This document shows, piece after piece, positions 50,241 through 58,899 of a DNA stretch of 59,750 nucleotides. Each line of letters begins with the position of its first letter. Positions within the stretch are counted from its first letter, which is position 1. Location: contig JBIKWN010000010.1 of NCBI GenBank assembly GCA_044356295.1, positions 1-59,750 of the forward strand, written 5' to 3'. This stretch comes from Bdellovibrionota bacterium (GTDB lineage Bacteria > Bdellovibrionota_C > UBA2361 > JBIKWN01). The notes beneath the pieces were generated by a model. That model was not told the DNA's origin. It was given only the letters and a program-made list of their open reading frames with translations, and made no database searches. The translations under genes and the position numbers were made by a program.

Positions 50241-50570
50241 TTATTTAAGTGCGCTCTTCTGAATAGCTTCAACAAGGTCTGTCCTTACCAACGGCTTTGG
50301 AAGGAAACGTTTAACACCCATATCAAGAGGGCTTGCTATCTCATTTGGCGTTATGATAGCGGAAAGAACAATAATTGGTTTCTCGTCTTTTGAGGAAACC
50401 TCTCACATCTTTCTAATAACTCTCGACCATCTCAATCGGGAAGCCCAATATCAGAGATAATCATTTCTATTTAAGGATTGAGCTCAAATATTTTCCAGGC
50501 TAGTTCTCCGCAATCAGCACAGAGTTGATCAAAACCACAGGTTTCGATCTAATTATTTCTGCCATACATC
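50241..50570 (-). pseudogene. Degenerate CheY-like receiver gene
   Basis: Manual translation ...ADCGELAWKIFELNP*IEMIISDIGLPD*DGRELLE [frameshift] KPIIVLSA...MGVKRFLPKPL...ALK*; at least two stops plus a frameshift. 5' boundary approximate. Confidence 0.8.
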
Positions 50571-50701
50571 CTCAATTTATTAAAGAAATTTTAGTTTTAT
50601 CGCGAAAGCCTTACAACACAAGAAAGCTTATATTGAACAAGTGGAATATATATTGTCACTGAATATAGCGAAAAAGAAATGGAATTTCAGAAGATACTTA
50701 A

Positions 50702-50935
50702 CTATGGATTTTTTAAAAGAATCGCCAATGCCCAAGCCTCAATTCCAGTTAACTCTTCGTCATTCTCAAAAACAAAACTATCACCATCTGCAAAAACTCC
50801 TTCACCCTTGAATCCACTTTGAGTAGCGGAAATTGATGTAATTTTTGCATCCTCCCCAAAACCGAGAGACCCGAGGATGATATCCTCAGCGCGTATTCGC
50901 TCTGAGAGAAATTCCTCAGCCATAGCAACCAACAT
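50702..50935 (-). CDS. Small acidic hypothetical protein
   Basis: 77-aa ORF coupled to the fabF stop. Confidence 0.6.
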   Translation of the reverse strand: MLVAMAEEFLSERIRAEDIILGSLGFGEDAKITSISATQSGFKGEGVFADGDSFVFENDEELTGIEAWALAILLKNP

Positions 50936-52176
50936 TACACTTTACTAATGATTATTGAAGCATTCGTACCGCCGAATCCAAACGAATTTGAAATAGCATT
51001 TTGAATTTTAAGAGGTTTTGCTTTATGCGGAGCATAATCAAGGTCACAACCTTCCCCCGGATTATCGAGGTTAATAGTTGGAGGAACAATTTCATTATGA
51101 ATCGCCTTCACACAGAAGAGAGCTTCTATTGCACCTCCTGCACCCAAAAGGTGTCCTGTCATTGATTTTGTTGAACTTACAACGAGACCATTCTTTGCCC
51201 AGTCTCCAAAAACTTTTTTAATACCTGCAGTTTCAGAAGCATCATTAAATTCAGTTGAAGTTCCATGTGCATTAACATACTGCACCTGTTCAGGAGCTAA
51301 CTGAGCACTACGAAGAGCCATCGACATACATTGAACAGCACCGTCTCCATCTGGACTTGGGGAAGTAATATGGAATGCGTCACAAGAGAAGCCGTATCCA
51401 GTAATCTCTGCTAAGATATTTGCTCCACGTTTTTCAGCATTCTCTAAAGCTTCAAGTACTAAAACAGTAGACCCCTCACCCATTACAAATCCATCTCGAT
51501 CTTTATCAAATGGACGAGATGCTTTTAAAGGTTCTTCATTTCGAGTAGACATTGCTTTCATTGAACAGAATCCACCAATGCCAATCGGAGTAATGGCTGC
51601 TTCTGTTCCACCAGCAACAACAAGATCTTGTAAACCATCCGCAATCAGGCGAAATGCTTCGCCAATAGCATGTGTTGCAGAAGTACACGCAGACGTCATT
51701 GCATAATTGATACCTTTTAGTCCGTATTTAATAGCAAGATTTCCAGGACCAAGATTTGAAATCATCGCTGGAATTAAAAAAGGAGATATCTTTCTGGGAC
51801 CGCCTTCAACATAAGCACCATGATATTTTTCGAGAGTTCCAAGACCTCCAACCCCGATACCAAGAATGCATCCCATCATTGACGGATTATATGGATGATT
51901 TTCAAGTTTTGCGCTCTGCCATGCTTCAACTGAAGCACCGATTGCAAATTGAGAAAACAGATCAAGTTTTTTTACTTCTTTATGCTCAATATAAGTTACC
52001 GGATCAAAATTTTTAAGCTCACCGGCAATTCGTGTAGCAAAAAGGCTTACATCAAATCGAGTAATTGGAGCTATTCCAGAACGTCCATTAACTGCATTAT
52101 CCCAGTTCTCAGCGACAGTAGAACCAAGCGGAGAAAGTGAGCCCATTCCTGTAATTACAACGCGTCTTTTTGTCAT
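50935..52176 (-). CDS. fabF: Beta-ketoacyl-ACP synthase II
   Basis: RRVVITG, SACTSA, NAHGTST, KSMTGHLLG, SNSFGFGGTN. Confidence 0.97.
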   Translation of the reverse strand: MTKRRVVITGMGSLSPLGSTVAENWDNAVNGRSGIAPITRFDVSLFATRIAGELKNFDPVTYIEHKEVKKLDLFSQFAIGASVEAWQSAKLENHPYNPSMMGCILGIGVGGLGTLEKYHGAYVEGGPRKISPFLIPAMISNLGPGNLAIKYGLKGINYAMTSACTSATHAIGEAFRLIADGLQDLVVAGGTEAAITPIGIGGFCSMKAMSTRNEEPLKASRPFDKDRDGFVMGEGSTVLVLEALENAEKRGANILAEITGYGFSCDAFHITSPSPDGDGAVQCMSMALRSAQLAPEQVQYVNAHGTSTEFNDASETAGIKKVFGDWAKNGLVVSSTKSMTGHLLGAGGAIEALFCVKAIHNEIVPPTINLDNPGEGCDLDYAPHKAKPLKIQNAISNSFGFGGTNASIIISKV

Positions 52177-52262
52177 AGTAAGCTAATCGTAATGAAAACA
52201 GCGGAAGAATTCAAAATTCGGCTGTAAGGTCGAAAAGAAAGGGGTTTTACGACTCGAATAAG

Positions 52263-52961
52263 CTAAACAGCATCACCTAAAATTGGATACTCAATTTTTG
52301 CACCAAATAGTTTTGAAAGATGTAAAACGCGAGAAAGATAATTTTCAATGCCGATGATATCTCTGGGAACTCGTCGACTGACGAAATCGATCTTTTTCTC
52401 TTTTAACTGAATGCCCCGCTGCTTTGCCATTGCATTGATGATTGCAGGGATTTCATCTTCTTCGGGAGCAGTAATTTCGGGAGCAACTGAAGCATTAAGC
52501 CTACTAAGAATATGATTGTCGACAGAGAATGACTCTTTTGGTTGAGAGGAAAAAAAATAAAGTTTTCCCCCAGCAACTCTTACCGCTTCATAAAAAGCAA
52601 CGAAAGGTCCTGACATACCTTCATGAAGTTTTTCAAGGTAGACTTGTACATCGTCTATCAGAAAAGCATCAAAGCGAGACAGTGCTAACGTATGACTAGT
52701 CTGAGTGAGAAATGTCTCAATATTTGTTCCGTCAATAAACCGAGGAATAACACCTGATTGCTTTGAAATATCATCACCGATTCGAACACTTAAATGTGTC
52801 TTTCCTGAACGACTTGCTCCAACATAAAAACGACTAGAAAAACCATTGATTTGTGCGGCTGCGTGCGCATCAAGTAATGCTTCACTAACTCCATGATGAG
52901 ATACGAATCCTTTCGCATCGTATGGAATTCTTTCAGTAAGATTGAGACCGAGCTGCGTCAT
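52263..52961 (-). CDS. hda: Hda/DnaA-like AAA+ protein
   Basis: MTQLGLNL clamp-binding-like N-terminus, GASRSGKTHL, LIDDV, LSRL, QRGIQL. Confidence 0.72.
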   Translation of the reverse strand: MTQLGLNLTERIPYDAKGFVSHHGVSEALLDAHAAAQINGFSSRFYVGASRSGKTHLSVRIGDDISKQSGVIPRFIDGTNIETFLTQTSHTLALSRFDAFLIDDVQVYLEKLHEGMSGPFVAFYEAVRVAGGKLYFFSSQPKESFSVDNHILSRLNASVAPEITAPEEDEIPAIINAMAKQRGIQLKEKKIDFVSRRVPRDIIGIENYLSRVLHLSKLFGAKIEYPILGDAV

Positions 52962-52976
52962 AAATAGATTATGCGA

Positions 52977-54266
52977 TTAACAACCGCTAAACATAAAATC
53001 ATCTGGATCTTGCACTTTCACCCAAGCGGAAGCACCAAGCGAATTAAGCTTTATCAAAAGTTTTTCATATCCACGTTTCAAGTGGGATGTTTCAGTAATG
53101 GTAGTAACGCCGTCTGCAGCAAGTCCTGCAATAACCAACGATGCTGCTGCACGAATATCTAATCCTTCAACAAGTGCACCACTTAACTTGGGTACTCCAG
53201 TAACAACAGCACAGTGATCTTGGATAATAATTGAAGCACCCATTCTGCAAAGTTCACTTACATGTCCAAACCGACCTTCAAACATGCTTTCTTGAATAGA
53301 GCTTAGTCCATCAGCAAGGGTAAGAGCTGCCATAAGAGGAGCTTGTAGATCAGTTGCAAAAAGAGGAAATGGTGCTGTTTTAACAGATACAGCTTTAATA
53401 CCTTTTGTTGCATTGACTCGAATTGATTTTTCTGTTGTTGAGACAGAGATATTCATTTGGTCGAGGATTTCTAAAAAAGATCCAAAAAAAGCAGGATTAA
53501 TTCCTTCAATTGTAATATCACCTTTTGTAGCTGCTGCAGCCATAAGGTAGGTTCCCGCTTCAATCCTATCCCCTATTACTTTGACAGTGGCTCCACCTAA
53601 TTCAGATTTACCATTAATAATAAGAGTATCAGTACCTGCACCTTCAATACTTCCTCCCATTTGGTTTATGCATTCTGCAACTGCAACAATTTCGGGTTCT
53701 TTTGCCGCACCAGTAATTATAGTCTCACCAGGAGTTAAACTTGCTGCCATCATTAATTGATGTGTTGCGCCAACTGAAGGAAAACGAAAATTAATTTTAG
53801 CAGGGCGAAGTCCGTTTGGTGCTGATGCAAATACAACACCGTGCTTCACTGAAACATCAGCACCCATTTGTCTGAGAGCTTCAAGATGGATATCAACTGG
53901 ACGTGCACCAATTGCATCACCACCTGGCAGTGCAACTCTTGCTGCGCCACCTCTTGCAAGAAGAGGTGCTAAAACCCAAAAACTTGCGCGAAGAGATTTT
54001 ACTAATGAATAACTTGCTTCCGTCGCTATTAACGAAGGAACTTCAATTGTAGCAGTATTTTTTGAAAAAGTTGTATGAGCACCTAAGTGTTCTAAGAGTT
54101 GCAACGTGAGACGAACGTCTTCTAATACGGGAACATTATGAAAAGTACATTTCTCTGAAGTAAGGAGTGCTGTAATGAGTAGTGGAAGACTTGCATTCTT
54201 TGCACCACTGACCTGAATAGTTCCAGACAGTGGACTGCCACCTCTTATTTGTAATACTTCAGACAT
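52977..54266 (-). CDS. murA: UDP-N-acetylglucosamine 1-carboxyvinyltransferase
   Basis: SGAKNA, LPGGDAIGARPVD.H, SVGAT, DRIEAGT, FATDLQA, RGYE. Confidence 0.98.
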   Translation of the reverse strand: MSEVLQIRGGSPLSGTIQVSGAKNASLPLLITALLTSEKCTFHNVPVLEDVRLTLQLLEHLGAHTTFSKNTATIEVPSLIATEASYSLVKSLRASFWVLAPLLARGGAARVALPGGDAIGARPVDIHLEALRQMGADVSVKHGVVFASAPNGLRPAKINFRFPSVGATHQLMMAASLTPGETIITGAAKEPEIVAVAECINQMGGSIEGAGTDTLIINGKSELGGATVKVIGDRIEAGTYLMAAAATKGDITIEGINPAFFGSFLEILDQMNISVSTTEKSIRVNATKGIKAVSVKTAPFPLFATDLQAPLMAALTLADGLSSIQESMFEGRFGHVSELCRMGASIIIQDHCAVVTGVPKLSGALVEGLDIRAAASLVIAGLAADGVTTITETSHLKRGYEKLLIKLNSLGASAWVKVQDPDDFMFSGC

Positions 54267-54296
54267 ATTTATTTGACTCGATGAAACTTGTGACCT

Positions 54297-55007
54297 GTGA
54301 AAGAATACGGGGCAGTATATATGAAGTCAAAACCCATCAAAACAGTGACCGCAAGCTGGCGAAGTGAATCAAGAATTGCCCAACAGCTAAAAATAGCTAC
54401 CTTCGATCATGAATCACTTGAGGCATCGCTCTCGCCCTGTACGAGCTGTGCTGGAGTTTGTTGTAGCCATGGTTTTTATCCAGAGCCAGATGAACTTTTA
54501 GATCTTCAAGATATTCTGGACGAGAAAGAAGAAGCTCTTATTCAGTTGGGGGTAAAAAAACCTGCTTCATGGTTTATAGATGAAGAGCATCCTGAATTTG
54601 GAACTGTTAAACGAGTTGCTCTTAACGAAAGAGCATTTTCGGAAAATGTTTCAAACTATCCAAAATATTTTCCGGATACTGCATGTGTTTTTCTTTTAGA
54701 AAATGCGAGATGTGCATTGCAAGTTCTTGCAATGAATGAAGGTAAACATAAGTGGAGTTATAAACCGATTCTATGTTCTTTGTTTCCTCTTGTCATAGAT
54801 GAGCAAGATAACGGTACTATTGCAGTTACCGTCTATGATCCAAATCGTTCAGAGCAACCAAGACCAGAATATGATGGCTTCAATGCAGATACACCATGTG
54901 GAGCAATTCATCAAAAAAATTCGCTTCATACTTTTCCAGCAAAGGAAGTTTTAAAAGAAGAGCTCGCTTTCTTATCTGCAATGAGCGAAAGAACTGAATC
55001 TATTTAA
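54297..55007 (+). CDS. Cys-cluster protein (DUF3109/YkgJ-like)
   Basis: C..C.G.CC, ACVFL..RCALQ, KPILCSLFPL; start may be 54321. Confidence 0.72.
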   Translation: MKEYGAVYMKSKPIKTVTASWRSESRIAQQLKIATFDHESLEASLSPCTSCAGVCCSHGFYPEPDELLDLQDILDEKEEALIQLGVKKPASWFIDEEHPEFGTVKRVALNERAFSENVSNYPKYFPDTACVFLLENARCALQVLAMNEGKHKWSYKPILCSLFPLVIDEQDNGTIAVTVYDPNRSEQPRPEYDGFNADTPCGAIHQKNSLHTFPAKEVLKEELAFLSAMSERTESI

Positions 55008-55095
55008 TAGTAAAAACTGTGTGTGAGTTTTTTTACCTTTAAAATACTTTCAGCACTATCGAACTATCCAGATGAGTATGCCCAAAAGTTGTTTT

Positions 55096-55246
55096 ATCTG
55101 TGGTTATTACTAATAACCACAGTTGGGAATTTATAGTGCAATCCGTGGTTATTATTATTAACCACGGATTGTAAATGGTATTTTGAGGCTAACTTGTTGA
55201 ATTAAATGTGTTTATTTATCTGTGGTTATTGATATTAACCACAGAT
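55096..55246. repeat. Three palindromes ATCYGTGGTTA-N7-TAACCACRGWT
   Basis: Copies at 55096-55124, 55141-55169 and 55218-55246. Confidence 0.92.
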
Positions 55247-55274
55247 GTTGGTTAGGGATTTGGATTTGGGTAAC

Positions 55275-55295
55275 ATGTACACTGATATGTTATCC
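55275..55295 (+). other. attI-like primary recombination site of the cassette array
   Basis: GTTATCCTC at 55289 is the exact complement of GAGGATAAC at the first attC (56109-56117), but no attC hairpin precedes it. Confidence 0.7.
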
Positions 55296-55326
55296 TCTCC
55301 TCGAGATATCTTAGCGGAAATAAAAT

Positions 55327-56106
55327 ATGAAAAAATTGTTTTTTAGATTACAAATATTCTTAATAGTTTTTTTGATTGAAATAGTTTTTATTAATGTAAC
55401 GCCAATTGCGTTTGCATTTCCATCTGTATCCTTAAATGGTTCTGCCATTGAATGCGCGGGTGGCTGGAATAGTAATTTTTTATATTTAAGACTTAGTAAT
55501 GGAAATCAAAGCTGGCTAGAGCCAGCAGCTGCCGGGAAGCTAGTAGGTTCAGCTGGTAAGAAAATTAAAGATAATATTAAAAAGATTAAGAATGATCTCA
55601 AACGAGCAAGCAAAAAGAATAGAGTAAAGTTACAGAAAAAGTTAACGCAGCAAAATTTATTATTAAAACAGAATAGGGACTTAGATTTAGCAGTTCGTGC
55701 CTGCTTTGCCGGAACTGTAGTTGGATCTTCACCTGCGTCCACAACCGGTACCGGTTTAATTACATCTGCGAATTATGCACCTTTTGGCGGTGGTTTGATT
55801 TATGCCTACAATGGTCAATTTTTAGGCGTTCTCTCTTCGAATTTATATAGCTCGGATTCGATTAATAATTCATTTGGAGCGTATGGTAATAAATTTTCTC
55901 CGACTTCCATGTTTAACCAATTTAGTAGTTATGGCGGAAGATTCGCTATTCAATCACCATTTAATCAATTTAGTGTTCAAGCACCTATTGTTTATTTAGG
56001 AGCGCAACCAGTAGCGTATATCACCAATAACCAATACATATATGGTGCTAGAATAGACCCTTCGGAGCTTTTTACTTTTCTTGGGCGTGCAAGTGATATC
56101 CCTTGA
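55327..56106 (+). CDS. Cassette 1: secreted hypothetical protein
   Basis: Signal peptide ending AFA, Lys-rich coil, C-terminal S..N.FG.YG..FS..S.FN repeats. Confidence 0.82.
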   Translation: MKKLFFRLQIFLIVFLIEIVFINVTPIAFAFPSVSLNGSAIECAGGWNSNFLYLRLSNGNQSWLEPAAAGKLVGSAGKKIKDNIKKIKNDLKRASKKNRVKLQKKLTQQNLLLKQNRDLDLAVRACFAGTVVGSSPASTTGTGLITSANYAPFGGGLIYAYNGQFLGVLSSNLYSSDSINNSFGAYGNKFSPTSMFNQFSSYGGRFAIQSPFNQFSVQAPIVYLGAQPVAYITNNQYIYGARIDPSELFTFLGRASDIP

Positions 56107-56110
56107 CCGA

Positions 56111-56208
56111 GGATAACAAAAAAGTCGTACGGAGAAACGGGGCGCGGAATGCAACGGCGATTTCAATTGATTAGCCGCCCCGTTTCCCGCACACTTTAAA
56201 CGTTGTAC
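56111..56208 (+). other. attC site 1
   Basis: R'' GGATAAC ... R' GTTGTAC; arm AAAGT[C]GTACGG[A]GAAACGGGGCG pairs with CGCCCCGTTTCCCGCACACTTT leaving extrahelical bases. Confidence 0.9.
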
Positions 56209-56251
56209 CCCATCATTTAAAACCAATATACTTTTCAATATTTGTAAGTGT

Positions 56252-57331
56252 ATGAAAAAAAGTCTAATTGTATTGTGCTTTGTTGGCGCCTTATCCCTTT
56301 TTGCCCATAGTGAAAATTTGTCTAATAACAAAGTTCAGGATCTTACAACGTCTAATCCTTCTTGGACTAAGCTATGTAGTCTTCGATTAGGATTTCAGTC
56401 ACCAGAGGACATAAAGTTGCAAGAAGAAATAATTGCAGATTTACAGTCACAAAACTATCCAGGTGTTCATTCTTGGAAGCTACGCGTTTTATCTCCAATT
56501 CCAATGAATATATTAGAGAGTTGGAATTTAAAGCAAAGTCAAGCGGGGGACATATGCGCGACTTTTAATCTAGCCATGCATTATCAATATTATCAAAGTT
56601 TAAATATGAAGGAGTCTTTTAAATTATTGAATCAGGCGGCGGATGCTGGATTAGCCGAAGCGGAGTATTGGTTAGGTAACGCATATTATCTGGGCGAAAA
56701 GGGAATTCTTGAAAAAGACCCAAAGAAAGCTGCTCAATTATGGTCGAATGCCGCGAGTAAAGGATTTCCTGATGCAATATATAAAGTTGCTAATATGCAC
56801 AGACTAGGCGAGATTTACCCAAAAAATTTAAAAATAGCCAAAGATTTATTTCTGCAATGCGATAAATATGGAAATCCCCTCTGTGCCTATTGGTATGCAA
56901 GGATGTTATTAGAGGATGATAAACCAGACGTAAAAGAAGCATTAAAATACCTAGAAAAAATCACTCAAACATCTATTGTTTACGGTGAGGCACAGTTGAC
57001 CATTGGTAAAATTCTAATTGATACCACAAATATTGAAGAATTTAATTTAACCGGAGGAATTAAATCGCTAAGGTCTGCTACACTTCTTGCTAATAATGCG
57101 GAAGCTGCTTTGATACTTAGCAAGATTTACTATGATAATCGCTTGATTTCAATCGATCTTACCGAATCTTATCGTTGGCTCTGCGCATATCAAAAAATCA
57201 AGCAAGATGTTGGAATTGAATTCGAAATACCAGAAGATGTTTTTGCAATGAAAAGTCACATAGAAATATCCATAGGTTCAGATGCTGCTGAAAAGATTAA
57301 AACCGATGCTATTACAATCCTCAAAAAGTGA
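56252..57331 (+). CDS. Cassette 2a: secreted Sel1-repeat (SLR/TPR) protein
   Basis: Signal peptide; AADAGLAEAEYWLG.AY..G..G..KDPKKA, AASKGFPDAIY repeats. Confidence 0.88.
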   Translation: MKKSLIVLCFVGALSLFAHSENLSNNKVQDLTTSNPSWTKLCSLRLGFQSPEDIKLQEEIIADLQSQNYPGVHSWKLRVLSPIPMNILESWNLKQSQAGDICATFNLAMHYQYYQSLNMKESFKLLNQAADAGLAEAEYWLGNAYYLGEKGILEKDPKKAAQLWSNAASKGFPDAIYKVANMHRLGEIYPKNLKIAKDLFLQCDKYGNPLCAYWYARMLLEDDKPDVKEALKYLEKITQTSIVYGEAQLTIGKILIDTTNIEEFNLTGGIKSLRSATLLANNAEAALILSKIYYDNRLISIDLTESYRWLCAYQKIKQDVGIEFEIPEDVFAMKSHIEISIGSDAAEKIKTDAITILKK

Positions 57332-57891
57332 AGCAAAAGACACCACGTATTAACTTTGATCAATTTAAGAGTATAGTTGACTACTGCAGAGATAATTTTC
57401 AAGAAGTATGCTTCGAACTAAATTCACCTGTTAAATCTGTGAATGGTAAGGGTCTTTTAATTTTGAAAATACCATCCATAGTTATCGACATACCCCAAAA
57501 CTATCTGAAAGCAAATTACCTAGATACGACTTGTATTTTATTTCACGAACTTGGCCATTATTTTCGTGCATTTGAATCTATATCAACCCGAAGAAAGACC
57601 AAGAGAATAGAAAATACATGTGAGTCGAATCTGATAGAACGTGAAAGTGAATTTATATCTTATACATCCGAAGTGCTAATGCCTAAGAGGCGTGAAATGG
57701 ACGGAATACTCAATGACGAGCAAGATGCCTGGAATTTGGGTTTGTGTGGACTAGATGGTGAATACGCAGATGTGTTTAAAACATTTAGAAGTTGCCTAGT
57801 TGAGGTTATGAGTTTCCCTTCTGCAGAAATTGAAAGCTGCATTAGAAGATACAAATATTTAAATAAAAAATGTATAAATACGTATAAGTAA
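57328..57891 (+). CDS. Cassette 2b: HExxH-motif protein (possible zinc metallopeptidase)
   Basis: LFHELGHY plus downstream E.DAW; overlaps the Sel1 gene stop by 4 nt. Confidence 0.7.
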   Translation: MKQKTPRINFDQFKSIVDYCRDNFQEVCFELNSPVKSVNGKGLLILKIPSIVIDIPQNYLKANYLDTTCILFHELGHYFRAFESISTRRKTKRIENTCESNLIERESEFISYTSEVLMPKRREMDGILNDEQDAWNLGLCGLDGEYADVFKTFRSCLVEVMSFPSAEIESCIRRYKYLNKKCINTYK

Positions 57892-57904
57892 GTATGAAGT
57901 AAGG

Positions 57905-58001
57905 GTACAACAAAAGCCTCGATAGTGAGGCGCGACCGCGCGAGGTTGTGGTGATATTAAAGTTTGATTTGGTCGCGCCCACATCAGGCAAAACGTTAGC
58001 C
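57905..58001 (+). other. attC site 2
   Basis: R'' GTACAAC ... R' GTTAGCC; GCCT[C]GAT[A]GTG[A]GGCGCGACC pairs with GGTCGCGCCCACATCAGGC. Confidence 0.92.
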
Positions 58002-58014
58002 TTTATTCAGTATA

Positions 58015-58539
58015 ATGAAATCTAAATATAAAATATTAATAATTTTAACTAACTTACTAATTCCTAGTTTTAATTTACTCGCTGAGAATCATACTGATCT
58101 GAATGACAGGGAACTAGGTTCATTAACACAGTCAAAGCCCAGTAGTAAAAGCGCACGCCAGCAACTGTTAGAAGGAAAGTCTTTTCGCTGTAAGTTCACT
58201 AAAGGAGTCACCTTTGGCGTAGAAAATCATTCATTTACTCAAGAATTTAGTAATTTCAATAATGATAATCTTCCAATTGACTTTGATAATGTAGATTCGA
58301 AGAATTCAAGAGCTAGAATGATCGGTAACAATGGTGCAGGTGATATTGCAGTAACAGTATTAGCCAACGGAATTAACTTTATAGAAACATCAGGGTGGGG
58401 ATTAAATACATATACAATTTTCGCCGAGAATACAGACTCAAAAGGAGAATTCTATGCAGCAGCTTCAAGGCATTCTTTAATTGTCGGACAAATGACACCG
58501 TCGACATTTGTTGGTACTTGTAAAATTTGGGATAAGTGA
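58015..58539 (+). CDS. Cassette 3a: secreted hypothetical protein
   Basis: Signal peptide; beta-rich with one Cys near each end of the domain (FRCKF...VGTCK). Confidence 0.8.
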   Translation: MKSKYKILIILTNLLIPSFNLLAENHTDLNDRELGSLTQSKPSSKSARQQLLEGKSFRCKFTKGVTFGVENHSFTQEFSNFNNDNLPIDFDNVDSKNSRARMIGNNGAGDIAVTVLANGINFIETSGWGLNTYTIFAENTDSKGEFYAAASRHSLIVGQMTPSTFVGTCKIWDK

Positions 58540-58540
58540 A

Positions 58541-58786
58541 ATGAAGTATTATGAAATTCATATAATGCAAAACAACGATTTAACTAATGGATACAAAATA
58601 TTATTGACAGAAAAAGGTGCGTGCACTGTTTTGGAAGATTTAGAGGAAACCCAAATGGTTCAAATACGAAAGTTAAGTAAAATTGTAGAAACGCGGACAT
58701 GGGGTCAAAAAGACATGGCAGGTAACCCTGTCGGTATCGAGGAATTAGTTGAATATTATTATGTTGACGATAATAATGCCGGTTGA
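58541..58786 (+). CDS. Cassette 3b: small hypothetical protein
   Basis: ATG at 58541 directly after the 3a stop; ends 2 nt before attC3. Confidence 0.65.
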   Translation: MKYYEIHIMQNNDLTNGYKILLTEKGACTVLEDLEETQMVQIRKLSKIVETRTWGQKDMAGNPVGIEELVEYYYVDDNNAG

Positions 58787-58788
58787 AA

Positions 58789-58883
58789 GGCTAACAAAAA
58801 TATCGAAAAGGTTTATGTCCACGTAATCATTTGACTTAATGAAGACTTAAATGGGCGTAAACATTTCATCCAAGACGTCAGCC
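58789..58883 (+). other. attC site 3 (degenerate; R' core GTC)
   Basis: R'' GGCTAAC ... R' GTCAGCC; imperfect arms AT[C]GAAAAGGTTTATGTCCA / TGGGCGTAAACATTTCAT. Confidence 0.78.
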
Positions 58884-58899
58884 AGCACAGTATCAACTA

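Noticed and set aside
55096..55246. CRISPR array reading of the three palindromes
   Set aside because: Only three copies, very unequal gaps (16 and 48 nt), variable centres and no cas genes in the window.
55008..55290. Integron integrase or its remnant upstream of the attI-like site
   Set aside because: No ORF of 60 aa or more and no tyrosine-recombinase motif recognised; the neighbouring gene is a Cys-cluster protein.
55187..55295. A fifth attC from GGCTAAC (55187) to GTTATCC (55289)
   Set aside because: The flanks do not pair into attC arms, and the AAC-A-tract/AC-GTT pattern of the other sites is missing.
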